In this document: in pieces, positions 27,901 through 39,601 of the stretch
Numbering within the stretch: the first letter of the stretch is position 1
How the letters are laid out: each line of letters starts with the position of its first letter
Source of the DNA: Tubiluchus corallicola
Lineage: Eukaryota; Animalia; Priapulida
DNA length: 64,000 nt
Reading direction: 5' to 3'
NCBI GenBank assembly: GCA_030141605.1
Contig: JAQGDQ010000005.1
Coordinates: 488,607 to 552,606 of the forward strand
Notes under the pieces: generated by a model
Seen by the model: the letters and a program-made list of their open reading frames with translations, nothing else
Databases searched by the model: none
Told to the model about the DNA's origin: nothing
Made by a program: the position numbers and the translations under genes

Positions 27901-30900
27901 GTTACTATCAACTTGGAACTTAAGCTTTGCCAAAACCTGATGGTGAACTTGAACTTGAACTTTCATTTCTGGCTCGGAGGAACTTGCATTAAAATGCTTT
28001 CACAGACCAAAATTGATGAACTGAATCCTCTGCATTAAAACTTTTTTTGGTTGTATAGTAGTGCATTTAGGCATTTTTCACCAGCTAATTTTACATTTGT
28101 GTTCAAAACTAAGTGTAACTGGAAATCAAGTGTAACTAGGATCGCTTTGCAATAAAATTATTTTTCCATAAGTTTGAAGCAGTTGCAAGATTAATATTTT
28201 TATTGAAATATATTGAAAAATTGAAATATTGAAAAAACTATAAAAATCTGCTTCTTTACACCTAAAAACATTTAAAAACATTCTAGATTTATAGTTGTCA
28301 TATTTTGCTCTTGTGTGCATATACTTCGTATACATTTAACACACGTAAATCTTGTAATCATTGAATACACATAAGTTTACAAGCTTGAAAGGAGCACGGG
28401 CATAGTGGCACATTTATTTATGTATGTGTTGAAATTGAAACATTTTCTGCCATTTTTTCATCACTTGTACTTTTTTTATTTTTTAGGACAGTTAAGCAAT
28501 GATATGTCCAATGATGTGGATATAAATAACCTTAAAGAAAGTCTACTGCAAGCGCGAATTTTTCCGACGAAGTGCAGCAAATGGGTATTTAATGTGAATT
28601 TGTTCTTACTTTAATACACGTTAATTTTATTACCCAGTTTAAAATTTGGAGTTGATGAATGCGATTTGCCTTGTTATTCACTAAATTTTAACACTGAAGA
28701 CTTAATAAAATGAGGTTAAAAGAAAATTTGCTCGTGCGTACGTGCGTGTGTATATATGTAGAGAGAGAGCGAGAGAGAGGGAGGGAGGGAGGGAGAGAGA
28801 GGGAGGGAGAGGGAGAGAGACGGGAAAGGGGAGAGGGAGAGGGGGAGAGAGAGAGGGAGTAAGCTAATCAATTTGTTTATTTACAAGGTCTCATCAAGAG
28901 ATGATCCTATATTACCGGATAATGCAGCATTGCAGAAAGTTTTCAGTGCCTGTCGTGAAATTATGTTTCTTGACATTGACGTGTCTCAGCAAAGGATAAT
29001 GGAAAAACGATACAAATTAGAAAGTATGTTTATCAGTACATTTTAATTTATATTAAACAAATAAGTAGAGCATACTTACTTTGTGTTGGATTTGGTAAAT
29101 TTCTTAATATTGTAGATGGTTTCTTCTACTTTTCTTAATAAAATTGTATTTTTTATTGCATGCTATAGTTCTTTTCTTCTCTATGATTATTGCTAATGCT
29201 TATTATTTCTAACAAATTAAGATTTGTACTGAAAAATATAAACCAGGTTATTTTACAGTTATTTGTAAAGTTTAAACAATATTATAAGTTTGACAGTTCC
29301 CAAATATATTGACTTATTCTACTTATCATAATAAAATGCTTGCTTATTGCTGAAATGTTTCAGATCAAAAGAAAATTAACGAAACCTTCGTTGGAGAGTT
29401 TTTACGTGTTTGTGACATAAAGAAGCTTAGTGAGTGCGTAGACACTGAGTTTGTAACGGAATCATACCAACCTTCGAATGCTACACAACACTACATATAT
29501 ACCATCTTACCTATCATTCAACGTTACCTATATACAAAACACGAGGATGCTTACCTAGCTGCAAAATCTCGGAATTTAGCAGCTGTTTTCAAAGTGATGA
29601 CTTGTGCATCTGTAAGTGTTGTTATGATATGTTTATAGACCATTAAAAAATGAAACTTGTGATGTATTTAAATTTTACAGCAAATATGTTTGAGTTCAGT
29701 TTTGAATCAGAGATGGAGAATTTCACGTGTATTAGCAGTACTAGTTACTAATATAGGATTGCTTGTGAAGGAAGCATCTACAACATGCAACCGAGAAAAT
29801 GCTTCTTAGTAACGGAGTTTGGCGTTCTTATAATCCTTGATTCAAACTTTGTGCAAGTTTCTTTCTGCATTTATTCAAATATTTTAGTACCCTTCTAATG
29901 TGAGGCTAGTGTAGGTTAGTACACCATAGTTAGCTATATACTGTGTATTGTTTAAATATTATCCGTGTAGAAACTTATGAAATAACTGGACTGATTATTA
30001 CACGTGACTTTATGTAAATGCATAATGAGGATAGTCATCAAATTTTGTTGGAACAGGATTATAATTTAAGCAATAATTATGTTCTATTATTTGTTTTTCT
30101 TAGTTTCTGGGCTGGAAATTAAATAATGATTAATTAGTAATTGCAATAATTACAAGTCATCTAACAAGTCTAATTAACCTTATTATGTGCCATTATTAGG
30201 TTGGCAAGTTGGAGCTTATCTACAGAATTAAGCATAAGCCAGAAGTTGTCGTATCAAAGCCTGAAATTTGCCGCATTGCTGAGGATGGCATGAATTTTTA
30301 TGTACATAAAGACAACTTGAGAGCAGACAGTGAGCTTAACAAAGAATTGTCTCGATTTATATGCAAGGGACATGAGGCTGCAATAGAAGGGATTAGGTAT
30401 GGTATCTTTTAGGGTGTTCATTTATCAGTATTATAGCCTTAGTGACACTATAATTCAACTTTACAGAAATTCTTTTGACACAAAGTTAAATTGAAAGGAG
30501 ACCCACTAGTCTCATTTTCTCATTTATAAAAACAGTTCTGAACTATGCCATTTTGGCTGTTTTTAGATTCTATCTTATACTTGTTAAAAACATCTTTTCA
30601 AAAATATGTTTACTTATTTAGAAATTTCTCAATCAGTCTGGCTGGTGTGTCTGTCTTTGACACTTGTAGTGCAAGTTACACAAATTAATTGGAATTTTTT
30701 GGTGTGATGAGTGAGTAACTTTTAAGTAGGTGGATTTCAGCTGATACTGGTGCACTTCGCAATATTTTCTAATGTCGTATTCAAACTTCACTGGAGTTTT
30801 GTTGGTTTTTGCCTTCAGTTATTTTATGTAACTTTTGTATATTACTGTCAGTAACAAATTTAATTCTTAATGCCAAGAATAGTGATAATTAATTAAGAAT

Positions 30901-33900
30901 TCCGCACTTAAGACAATGAAAAAATACAAAGTTCCAAACAGACAAGATCGTTTATAATCAGGTGATGAAAAACAGAAAAGAGAAAAAAATCACATAAAGA
31001 TATTAATACAATTTTTTAGTGTTTATAAATAAAAAACACCATACTTCAAAAAGGATGCACACATTAAAAACACAAATGGTTAGAAAATAAAAAATGTAAG
31101 GAAAACACAGATATAGAAAGTAGAACCAATGACCACAATCACTGTAACAGAGAGAGAGAGAGAGAGAGGTCCATATCCTACTTTAATGTTAAGCAAAGCA
31201 GTAAATGTGAGTTATTTGTATGCTTAATGCTTAAATATATACAATAATATGAATTTGAATAAGCTTGGGTCATCCTCATATTCGTTAGTCTTGATACTCC
31301 ATTCTCCACAATGGAGTTGTGGATAACCTTGATGCTCCATTCTCCTTAAAAATATGTGGTAAAAATAATAACACAATTGCAAATATAACTGGGGGAAATA
31401 GGGTAAAATTCTAAACAAGGATTGTGGTTCAGCCATTCGCAATAATACAAAACTTTTTTAGCATCAGGGCTTCATACTATGTTCTTTGACTTCAAAGTGA
31501 CATGTTTGATAAAATGTTTAGAGGACCATTTGATAACAGAACGGATGAAACCATAAAAGTGCCTGATGTGGAGCCAGAAGCTTTTCAGTTATTCTCATTT
31601 GTTTATACAGATGAACAAATCACTTGTGATACTGTCTTAACCATTTTGTACAGAGTTGAAAAGTATGGTATTTGTGGACTTGAAAATCTTGCAGAGACAC
31701 TTCTATTTCAGATGATTCAGTGAATCAGATGTTTCAGATCATTCAGATGTTTTAATGAGTGAAATGTTTCAATTCAGTGTATGTGTATCTTTATGCAATC
31801 TGCATTCTTTTATGAAGTGAACATACAAATGGAGTGCTTGGGTTTAAAATTTGTACAATTACCGTACGATAGGCTTCTAATTTTTTAAAAATGATGAATT
31901 GAAAATCACAGAACTGCTACTTGATTCAGTTCCTTAATGGGTAAATTCAAAATGTAGGCCTAACAATTTGGAGTCTAATACATGCAGTAAAAGGAAATTT
32001 TTAAAGTATGGCCCTTATCAAATATGTTTTCCAGCCATGGATCCCAATGTTTTCACTAGACGACCAGTGCTTTTTTGACTGTTAAATGATACTGAGATTT
32101 CAAATGTTTTGCTGTACCACCACAACAAGAAGTTGGGATCGACAATGTTTCCCACAAAAGTCTGCAAAACTATGCGTCATCCATTAAATGGATTTTCCAC
32201 TACATCCAAAATGTTTTAGCTTTGTCACCAGGCGGGAACACAAGGTTTTTCTTTATAAACTAAAAAAACTTGTGCCAGTACATTTTTACAGGTGATGCCT
32301 TAGTAAAAGTTGATATCGTAATCCTAGTGACAAAGATGAAATTGGATACTGTGTTAATGTTGACATTGCTCTTGTGTTGAGTGATAGTCGATTTTGTGCA
32401 CCATTAGTACCAGGTTGCCTTAAGTTGATAACAAATTTCACCATAAGGTTGTGACCTGCAATTTAGCACGTGTGACCTATGATAAAGTTGGCCATGGGAC
32501 AGTCTGTTACCTCACCTTTTTAGTTAACTGTTTTAGTCTAGGTGATGAATGTGATGAGTTTGTTAACAGTGAAACAGTTAGAGTTGGACTGTACCTTTAG
32601 AATAAAATGACACAACAAAAGTTACCGAATATCAACAAAACAGTTAATAGCATGCAAGTTGTTCATGTTTCAGTGGCTGTATAGTTTTTAAAGAATTATC
32701 TAGCCTGTATCATTCAGCTTGATTTTGATTCTTTCAGCGGAACAACATTTTTACATTGCGTTGTTATTTTAGTGGCATCTGTTTATATTGTAGCCGCATA
32801 GCTGCTAATTAAAAATAAATTGAATTGGTTTGTAATTATAATATAGCAATAGTAAACTCACAACCAGAAATGCTGAATTGGTTGGCAAGACACTATAATT
32901 GAGTTAATATCCAATGGGCTCAGTGGTCTTATGCTATCGTGTTAGATATGTAATTCAAGAGTTTGATTTGAAAGAGATTCATTTTCACTTTTTTATGTTT
33001 TTTTTCTATTTGCTCTGTCATGTTTGGTTCCAAAATTTGATTCTTGGGATTTCATTATACCCTTAACACTCACCTATTAGGTTTCTTCACTTTCACATTG
33101 CTTAAACTGGTGTTAAAAAAGAATTGGTTGTTGCAACTCTGCCTTACTAGGACTCCTGGTATATGCTTGTAATAACTAGGACCTTGGTATATTTAAACAG
33201 GAGTCTGATTATCTAAAAGACCATTATTCATCACTTTTATTTAGATGATCACAAAGGATAGGACATTTTTGGAACTGGTTAACCAGTTGCAGTTTGTCCA
33301 TTAAGATGAATGAAGCTATAATTACCAAACAGCCCAGGGACAGATCTGGGTCAGTCTGGCAAAAGCTTGATTTTGGGCTCAAAATAGCATTTTTTACTGG
33401 TTTTTTTATTTCAGAGGATTTTTGGCTCGGATCAAACCAAAACAGCTAAAGCAATCAGAGTTACTAGAACAGTACTTAAAAGAGGAAGACATTGAGGAAA
33501 TTCCCTCAAATGAAGAGGTGTGGCTTGTCATGCCTCCACGTGCTCCAATGCCACAACCTCCCTCTCCACTATCTGTACCCGTGTCATCTAAAGGTATTTT
33601 TGCGTATGCAGTGTTTTTACAGTCAAAACTGCTTAACAAAATGTTATCTCTGAAGACTAGTTACAAAAGTAAGGTAGTTGACACTGTGTTCCTACTAGTC
33701 ATTTTTACATGATAGGTTTGAGCATTTTCCATTAATCCTCACCAGACCTCAGCACATTTAAAATATCATCAAATCTATTTATGTAATTGCCAGGAATTTT
33801 CTAGATTATTTTGTTGTTCCGAGAATGTTGTATAGCCTCTAGTCTCCCGAAAATTTTTGTGACTACACTTGTGGAAATAAATTTACTGCCAAACCCCAGT

Positions 33901-36900
33901 TTTACTCTAACCAACATTTTTTATTTTGCTGCGGCTGTACTGATATGGCAAAGTAAACAATACTACTACTGCTGCTGCCACCGGGAATGTTGTATAGCCT
34001 CTAGTCTCCCGAAAATTTTTGTGACTGCACTTGTGGAAATAAATTTACTGCCAAACCCCAGTTTTACTCTAACCAACATTTTTTATTTTGCTGCGGCTGT
34101 ACTGATATGGCAAAGTAAACAATACTACTACTGCTGCTGCCACCACCACCACCATCACCAAAACTCTACACCACTACTGCTGCATTGCCAGTACAGTGGG
34201 CGTCATTTATTAGATTCACAGTTAACAGAATCAGTCGCTTAAATGACTCACAAATGTCTGGCATGGGCCACTCCAATTCAAAGTACATGTATGCAATTCA
34301 CTCAAATAACTCCACATAATTGACTCAATATTTTTGCTTCGTATGCTTAAAATACAATACCTGTGTGTTGAGAACTATAATGTAGGTAGAAACAATCATG
34401 TTAAGTACCATTTTGTTTGTAAGCTGGTACGTTTATCACGCACTGATATGCTGGGTCAACAGTTTTGTTTTGAGTCTGTCACTCGCTGCAATTAACCTCA
34501 TTGTTTCTGGAAGCTAAACTTGATCATTTGCCCTGCAGTTGCTTTTGAAGCTCCTGTTGGTTTTCGTGGAAGCACCACCAACAGCTTTTCACAGTGGAAA
34601 CACGGTTATCACCAACTTTAGCTCAATCATGTCAAGCATTAGGTGTTTTGAGTCAATATGTGCAGCATGCGATAGCAGATTTCTAATGTTTTTAAGAACT
34701 TTATAGAGCAACTTCTTTGTGAAGAAATGAAACAACAGACTTTGCACGATTTTTTCTCATTTTTTAGTGTAAATAAACAGATCTTTGGGATTTTTTTGCT
34801 AATTCACTTACTTATTCTTAAATAATTGCACAGATTTTTAAATAATTGGAGATAGGAATTTGACATTCATTAATTTCTAAAATTCATTTGAAGCTTTGCA
34901 GTGCATGCTAGCCTGATGAGTGATGACTCTATAGTAAAAATGCTACACCAGTCATGTAATAGATTCTGTCGGTTAATTAGCACAAAACACTTTCATCCAA
35001 AAGTGAGTCTTGATTATTAATTGCTGTTGCTGCTACTATATCTACCAACCATGAAATTTAAACTTTAACAAATGTGGGGGTTTCAACATGTTCTCTGAAA
35101 TAAAAATCTTTTAAGGTTCTAAGTTATTTTATTCTGAATTTTTAAATTTGAGGTCCACATGAACCCAGTGGATTGTTTTGTGACTTTTTTCAGTAGTTCA
35201 AAATTCGGGATGAAGGTTAATATGATTGTTTTTATAAACATAGCATTTTCTTATAAAAACATTTTATGCAATTTGTTATGACAAGTTTAATAGAACAAGT
35301 CTCAAAAGCAAAATTCATCTCATTATAAATGGGGGAAAGTCTGTCAATGTTAAATATTTCTTACAGAGCAAAAATCTGTAGTAAGTGATGTGCATACTCT
35401 TATGTCATGGCCGCCAATGTCTGGAAATGCAAGTAGACGAAACGCTAGTGATGGATCACATCCAGAGTTAAAGCTCTACCCAATCCCAGAACGACCACAG
35501 CAGGTAGTCTATATGCCACCACAAGAGATTTCTACAAATGAGGAACCTCCTGACAAAAAACTGATTTCGGACGTTGAGCAAATACCGGCTGTTGCAAAGA
35601 GCTTGAAATCTGACCACAGTGAATCAAAGAATGGCGTGCCCACATCTCACTCTGATAAGAAAATTGCAAAACCAACTAGTGCTCCCACAAGAGGAAGTGA
35701 GCCTGGTAAGGCAAATGTTTTAACAATATTTACATACAGTGAAAGTTTTGAGCATTTCTCAAATTAATACTCATCAGAAAAGTCATCTTAAAATTCATTC
35801 AAGATAAGATAAGTAATAGATAAGGTATTTTCTGTAGGCTGGCATTTGACAAGTCTAAGAGCTACTTCTTGATTAGTAGATCAAGAAACAACAATTTAAA
35901 AGTTAACATATTAATTTATTTCAATTTTAGAAACACTGGAACATGTAACAAAATTTTGATAGTAGTTTATGTTAAAGTGCATTCATGTAGTTTATGCAAA
36001 TGTGTCATTTTAAAATTTGTCATTTTTGGAAAAATGCTGCATTATCCTAAATATCTGTTACACTGATTACTCATATTTTTGTGATACTTTTTTGTGTTTA
36101 CAGGTGAACGACAAAAACATAAAATATCTACCAATGAAGTAGAAATTTGTAAAATAACAAAAAGTGATAGGGAACTGCAAAACGATAAAGCGGTTAGCTC
36201 TGTTACTTGTTCAAAAAGTGTTCAATTTCTCGGTCATACACAAACTGGTACAGAAGGTACATTTCTAGACCGTGGTGATGCTTCACCAGAGCACATTGAA
36301 GGACAGGGGCATGTAGAATTTTCAACTTCACATTCACCATTTCAGCAGCAACTCTCTGCTATTGCTCATCAAGATCTATTGATTAATGATCAAGACTACG
36401 TTCAGGAGTACATTAATTTTACAACTTCATTAAGGGATATGGAACATTCACCAATTAAGAATGTCTTTTTAAACTTAGGTATGTTACAATAATGCTTTTG
36501 TATTAATCGATAATTGATCAAAATTCAGTCTGATTTCTGAAATGTCACTAATACATGTTAAATTGATGACACGAAGCATGGGTTGTTTCTTGCCTGTATT
36601 TATTTTTCAATTTGCTGCTAAAATTTAATGGACATTTTATTTAGATGAAATCGTCACTGATAGTAATCCTGAAGTATTTGAGCACCTTGAATGGCATCAC
36701 GATATAGAAAACTTACCTTCTGAAATTCCTGAAGATTGCACAGGTTGGTTCAAGTTTGATAATAATAACTGCATTAAATGTTTTAATAAATATTTATTGC
36801 TTGATTAATAAATGCTTGTGGATTCTCTGACAATTTGCAGACACTGAATCAATTGGACGTTGGGGTGAAAATTTCATTTACACCTATCTAAAGCACATAA

Positions 36901-37452
36901 AGGAGACAGAGGAAGTTTCTCAGTTAATTGACGTTGTATGGGTAAATGAGCATAGTGAAACTGGTCAACCTTTTGACATTGCCTTACAGCTGAAATCAGG
37001 AAATGGCAACTTGCAAACTGTGTACATTGAAGTGAAAAGTACTGTTAAAGGTAAGCCATTTGTTAATTTAGGTGTATAGCACATTTATGAAGTAGTGCAG
37101 TATCATAATAAAATGTTAAAGCTTTGCGATTTCAATCTCTTTGAAATAGATGATCTGAGTTATCAACATGAGTACTTAACCATTCCAGGAAAGTCATATT
37201 GATAATTTGCAAATGCCCAGTCTGCTGTTTTGTTAATATGTTACTTAAGGTAACTATTTTATTTCTTTAGGAGATCGGTGTCTGTTTCAAATTTCAGCGC
37301 AACAGTTAAGCTGTGCTTTCAAATACAAGGAAAACTACCATTTGTATCGAGTATTTAATGCAGGCAGTCAAGCCAAAGCACATATTGTTCGGCTAAAGGA
37401 TTTGGCTAACAAACTGATTAGACAGGAAGTTAAATTATACATGTGCATATAA
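3..37452 (+). CDS. NO VEIN (NOV)-like giant protein: LOTUS-like + NOV N-terminal region + sacsin-type GHKL ATPase + C-terminal DUF3883 nuclease-like domain; 37 exons, 5' end outside the window, >2,900 aa
   Basis: Manually spliced exons, all phase-compatible: <3-1971, 2362-2540, 3056-3181, 3432-3592, 5701-5888, 6402-6656, 10225-10313, 10427-10612, 10882-11382, 11843-12065, 12334-12490, 13375-13525, 13757-13888, 14331-14484, 14778-14890, 14976-15129, 16291-16530, 17411-17611, 19393-19574, 20070-20271, 22553-22695, 22806-22973, 23263-23500, 25157-25317, 25687-25807, 26267-26418, 26963-27137, 28487-28584, 28888-29023, 29364-29611, 30200-30396, 33415-33593, 35367-35705, 36104-36478, 36645-36743, 36841-37050, 37271-37452 (TAA). 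NOV-type motifs: FETLKLGPLTRQPIL, CLRACPLLFDMDEWSMWAYIFAPQFG, RLHVLGVTLGIAEW, LIELIREEEFG...RLGRSLERLSKELYSKDTHFVLELIQNADDN, AFLPLRSYGFRFIIQGDFDVPSSREDVD..SAWNQWL. The frame is open from base 3, so ATG 66 is probably internal. Confidence 0.9.
4790..4868. repeat. (GA)n microsatellite / purine tract
   Basis: Direct reading of gagagagaga run followed by poly-G. Confidence 0.95.
5921..6059. repeat. Perfect 69-bp tandem duplication (2 copies)
   Basis: atatggttccaactgtctttatacagtgagtcaccagaattaatatgtgtctggagtgtaatactccca starts at 5921 and 5990. Confidence 0.95.
6760..8140. repeat. Degenerate tandem array (~440-bp unit, ~3 copies) of an interspersed repeat family
   Basis: Block aagtatt(t)ag(g)tattgtg..tagatgtgta...ggctttt.aaaagctgg recurs near 6808, 7251, 7681 and 8118. 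Related sequence occurs at ~57590-57810 in the HSBP1 intron. Confidence 0.7.
9270..9910. repeat. Degenerate minisatellite built on an (a)ctggcaaaa(tga) core
   Basis: Many copies of actggcaaaa/actggcgaaa/actgacgaaa, interleaved with tattgtactatttctaat. Confidence 0.8.
11843..13525 (+). other. GHKL (Hsp90/sacsin-like) ATPase domain exons of the NOV-like gene
   Basis: Motif I ELIQNADD, motif II NNECGF, motif III GYIG|QKGIGFKSVF (across the 12065/12334 junction), motif IV TTRIVLPLK. Confidence 0.9.
12497..12735. repeat. Diverged ~123-bp tandem duplication at the start of an intron
   Basis: attcacattat(g/a)gcaggttttg...tgttaggctg(t/c)gtctaaaa(g/a)ttacaa occurs twice. Confidence 0.8.
15220..15757. 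mobile_element. Tc1/mariner-type MITE (degenerate TIRs and subterminal inverted repeats)
   Basis: Left TA|cagagtggtacataatctttt versus reverse complement of the right end caggtggttcataatctttt. Inner inverted pair caaactttagtgtgaaagccccatatatc (~15324) / gatgtatgaggctttcacatcaaagatttg (~15638). Confidence 0.65.
18221..18957. mobile_element. Tc1/mariner (pogo/Tigger-like) MITE, copy 1
   Basis: TA|cagtaggcgccgcttaatacactcac ... gtgagtctgctaagtggcactg|TA. Homologous in reverse orientation to 34194-35012. Confidence 0.65.
20398..21406. mobile_element. hAT-like non-autonomous element containing a 40-bp minisatellite
   Basis: Degenerate TIRs tagggatgaaccgaa / ttcggtacattccca, with subterminal aaccgaa/aactgaa motifs. 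Confidence 0.5.
21195..21354. repeat. 40-bp tandem repeat, 4 near-identical copies
   Basis: Unit tgataatgcacttttctactgaactgaaacataccataat. Confidence 0.95.
24886..25050. repeat. Compound (GT)n/(GCGT)n microsatellite
   Basis: Direct reading. Confidence 0.97.
28733..28858. repeat. GA/GGGA-rich simple repeat just upstream of a splice acceptor
   Basis: Direct reading. Confidence 0.9.
31460..32120 (+). pseudogene. Decayed intronless BTB/POZ-BACK (BTBD1/2/3/6-like) pseudogene inside NOV intron 31
   Basis: IRASYYVL*LQSDMFDKMFRGPF...IKVPDVEPEAFQLFSFVYTDE.ITCDTVLTILYRVEKYGICGL (BTB), then BACK-like pieces VCIFMQSAFFYE, DELKITELLLDSVP*WVNSKC, KRKFLKYGPYQICFPAMD...F*LLNDTEISNVLLYH. Several in-frame stops and deletions; no introns. 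Confidence 0.82.
33823..34143. repeat. Near-perfect 162-bp tandem duplication (2 copies)
   Basis: gaatgttgtatagcctctagtctcccgaaaatttttgtgact... begins at 33823 and 33985. Confidence 0.95.
34194..35012. mobile_element. Tc1/mariner-like MITE, copy 2 (inverted relative to 18221-18957)
   Basis: TA|cagtgggcgtcatttattagattcacagttaacagaatcagtcgctt aligns with the reverse complement of 18900-18957. Internal taagtaccattttgtt is shared. Confidence 0.6.
36841..37452 (+). other. DUF3883 / NOV C-terminal PD-(D/E)xK restriction-endonuclease-like domain (last two exons)
   Basis: IGRWGENFIYTYL...VVWVNEHSETGQPFDI...VYIEVKST...FQISAQQL..A....ENYHLYRVF. These exons are absent from the ORF track. Confidence 0.88.
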
Positions 37453-38689
37453 GCAGAATTTTACAGAAGTGAGATAACTCCCATTGTTACAATAGCAAAT
37501 TAACAAGCTCGATCTGCAAAAGTTGGGTTTGTTTTGCAGTAAATGGACATTTTTCTAGGCTTGTCACTATAACATGACAGTGAGGTACTGCGAGATTCTT
37601 CGTTTTAATAATCAATAATGAGAAAACTTTCTACAAGTTTGTGTCTTGTTTAAGCAGAAGCAAGGCCAAAGTAACGGGCTACCAGAATAATAGTCTAGAT
37701 AATTTCTCAGTAAAAATCATGAAACTAGAAAGTTGAATCACACGGTGTCCATTTTATTCAATGCATGTCTTTTCAAACAAAATTTTTTGTACTTTGTAGA
37801 CCAATTATCTCTCTTTCTAGTTGCTTCCCTGAAATTATTAAAAAAATTATTATTCCAAAAGTTTGTTCAGAAGTCAGTTTTTGCAAAGTTCAGATGGTTC
37901 CTATCAAAAAGTAGACACTACAGCTTGAAGTCCCTAGGCATACAAAGAACTCTAGATATATAAACTCTTACATCACCTGATACGGTTTCTTTTTTACATC
38001 TCAAACTTATTTGTAAAAAAATGGCCAAGAGTGACAGTTTTTTGCTTTCTGTCGCCCTTGGTTTTTTAAAGCAATCTGTATCCAGACAACACTAAGTCAA
38101 AAAGTCTTTTGGTACCTCATAATGTCCAAAATGCCAAAATGATCCGTATGTACATGCACATGCCCACAATCCTGATATCTTAATATAGTTATATCGTATA
38201 TGCATACATTTTTCAGATGTAATTTCTGCAGTTTAGAATTCTATAACGTGTATGAAATAATAGACATTAATCACATGGTAGTGTATAAATCTGTCTTCAT
38301 TTTAAATTATTCATGATTTGTCTGAATATTTCAGTGATTCTTTGTAATAGTCACAGCAAATAATATGTGCAAATTACAGTTTCGGTATTGTAGTTAGTCT
38401 TAAGTCCACTTTTTTAAGAATGGAGAAATATGCCAATTACCAAACATCATTTTAGTTTTTTAACTGTGACAATTGTGCATTTCTAGTGTTCAGTTCAGTT
38501 ACTCATTACACACCTACAGGTAGTAGTGTGTGCAAAAAGCAGCCAATAATCTTCTGTGTAACTGTTCGGGTCTTTGTTAATGCTTTTTTAAATAAATAAA
38601 ACAATATTTTTCGTTGATAAAATTTATTGGTGCATGCGTATTTTTGACAAAAATGGTAATAAAATACTAATATTAAACTGTAAGAGCAT

Positions 38690-39008
38690 CCATCACAAAC
38701 ACCACGTGCTCCAACACCACAACCACCTCTCCACTATCTGCATACGTGTTATCTAAAGATATTTTTTGTATGCAGTGTTTTTACAGTCAAAAATGCTTAA
38801 CAAAATTTTATCTGTGAGACTAGACTAGTTTTGCAAGTAGGGTAGTTGATATTGTGTCCCTACTAGTCTTTTTTTACATGATAGGTTTGAGTTTTTTGCA
38901 TTAATCTTCACTAGACCTCAGCACATTTAAAATGCCTACAGATGTATCAAGAAGCATCCTATCATCAAATCCATTTACGTAATTGTCAGGTATATTGTCT
39001 AAATTATT
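38690..39008 (+). repeat. Diverged duplicate of the NOV exon 32 end and intron 32 start (33527-33810)
   Basis: ccacgtgctccaa..ccacaacc..ctctccactatctg...atctaaag(g/a)tattttt...tatgcagtgtttttacagtcaaaa.tgcttaacaaaat...agacctcagcacatttaaaat is shared. The donor GT has become AT in the copy. Confidence 0.9.
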
Positions 39009-39601
39009 ACTCTGCCTTAAATGTTGTGCATTATTCATAACAGTGGATGGCTTGGCACTCACTATAAATTCTGAGAATGACAAACCACACTGACGAAAAT
39101 CTAGACCAGCTTGATATCGTGAAACTTGAATAACATTCACAATTCTTGGCATCCACAGTCTTTCAACGATGACAAACTTGACACTGACAAAGTTTTGAAT
39201 AACTATGTGTGAACAGCCTATTATTAATTGATATGGAAAACTGAAAGTGAATTGAAATCACTGCACGGACAAATAACTACCTACACATCCATAAATCAGC
39301 AAAAAACTAGTTAGCTAAACGTAAATCCATTATAATCACAGTTAAAAATTACACATCTAATTATAATTTATGAGTACTATACACAATACTATTTCATATT
39401 TGTCATTTCAGAATTTTAGATTTGGAATACAGTTGAACTCACATAAATTTCAATTGAGCTGAAGTCATAAGCTTCTCGCATTCATAATGTTTTCTAAAGT
39501 AAGATTGCTGCCAGTAGAAATTATACAAGAATCTATATGTATATTGCAACATTATTAGTTGCATCTTCACTCCTGTCTGGCACGTTTATATAGTTCCATA
39601 G

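Noticed and set aside
33811-34242. 143-aa ORF with an internal repeat and poly-His
   Set aside because: Product of the 162-bp tandem duplication and a (CAC)n run inside an intron.
3-37452. NOV-like gene as bacterial contamination or recent horizontal transfer
   Set aside because: It has 36 spliceosomal introns, host TEs in the introns and ordinary animal neighbours.
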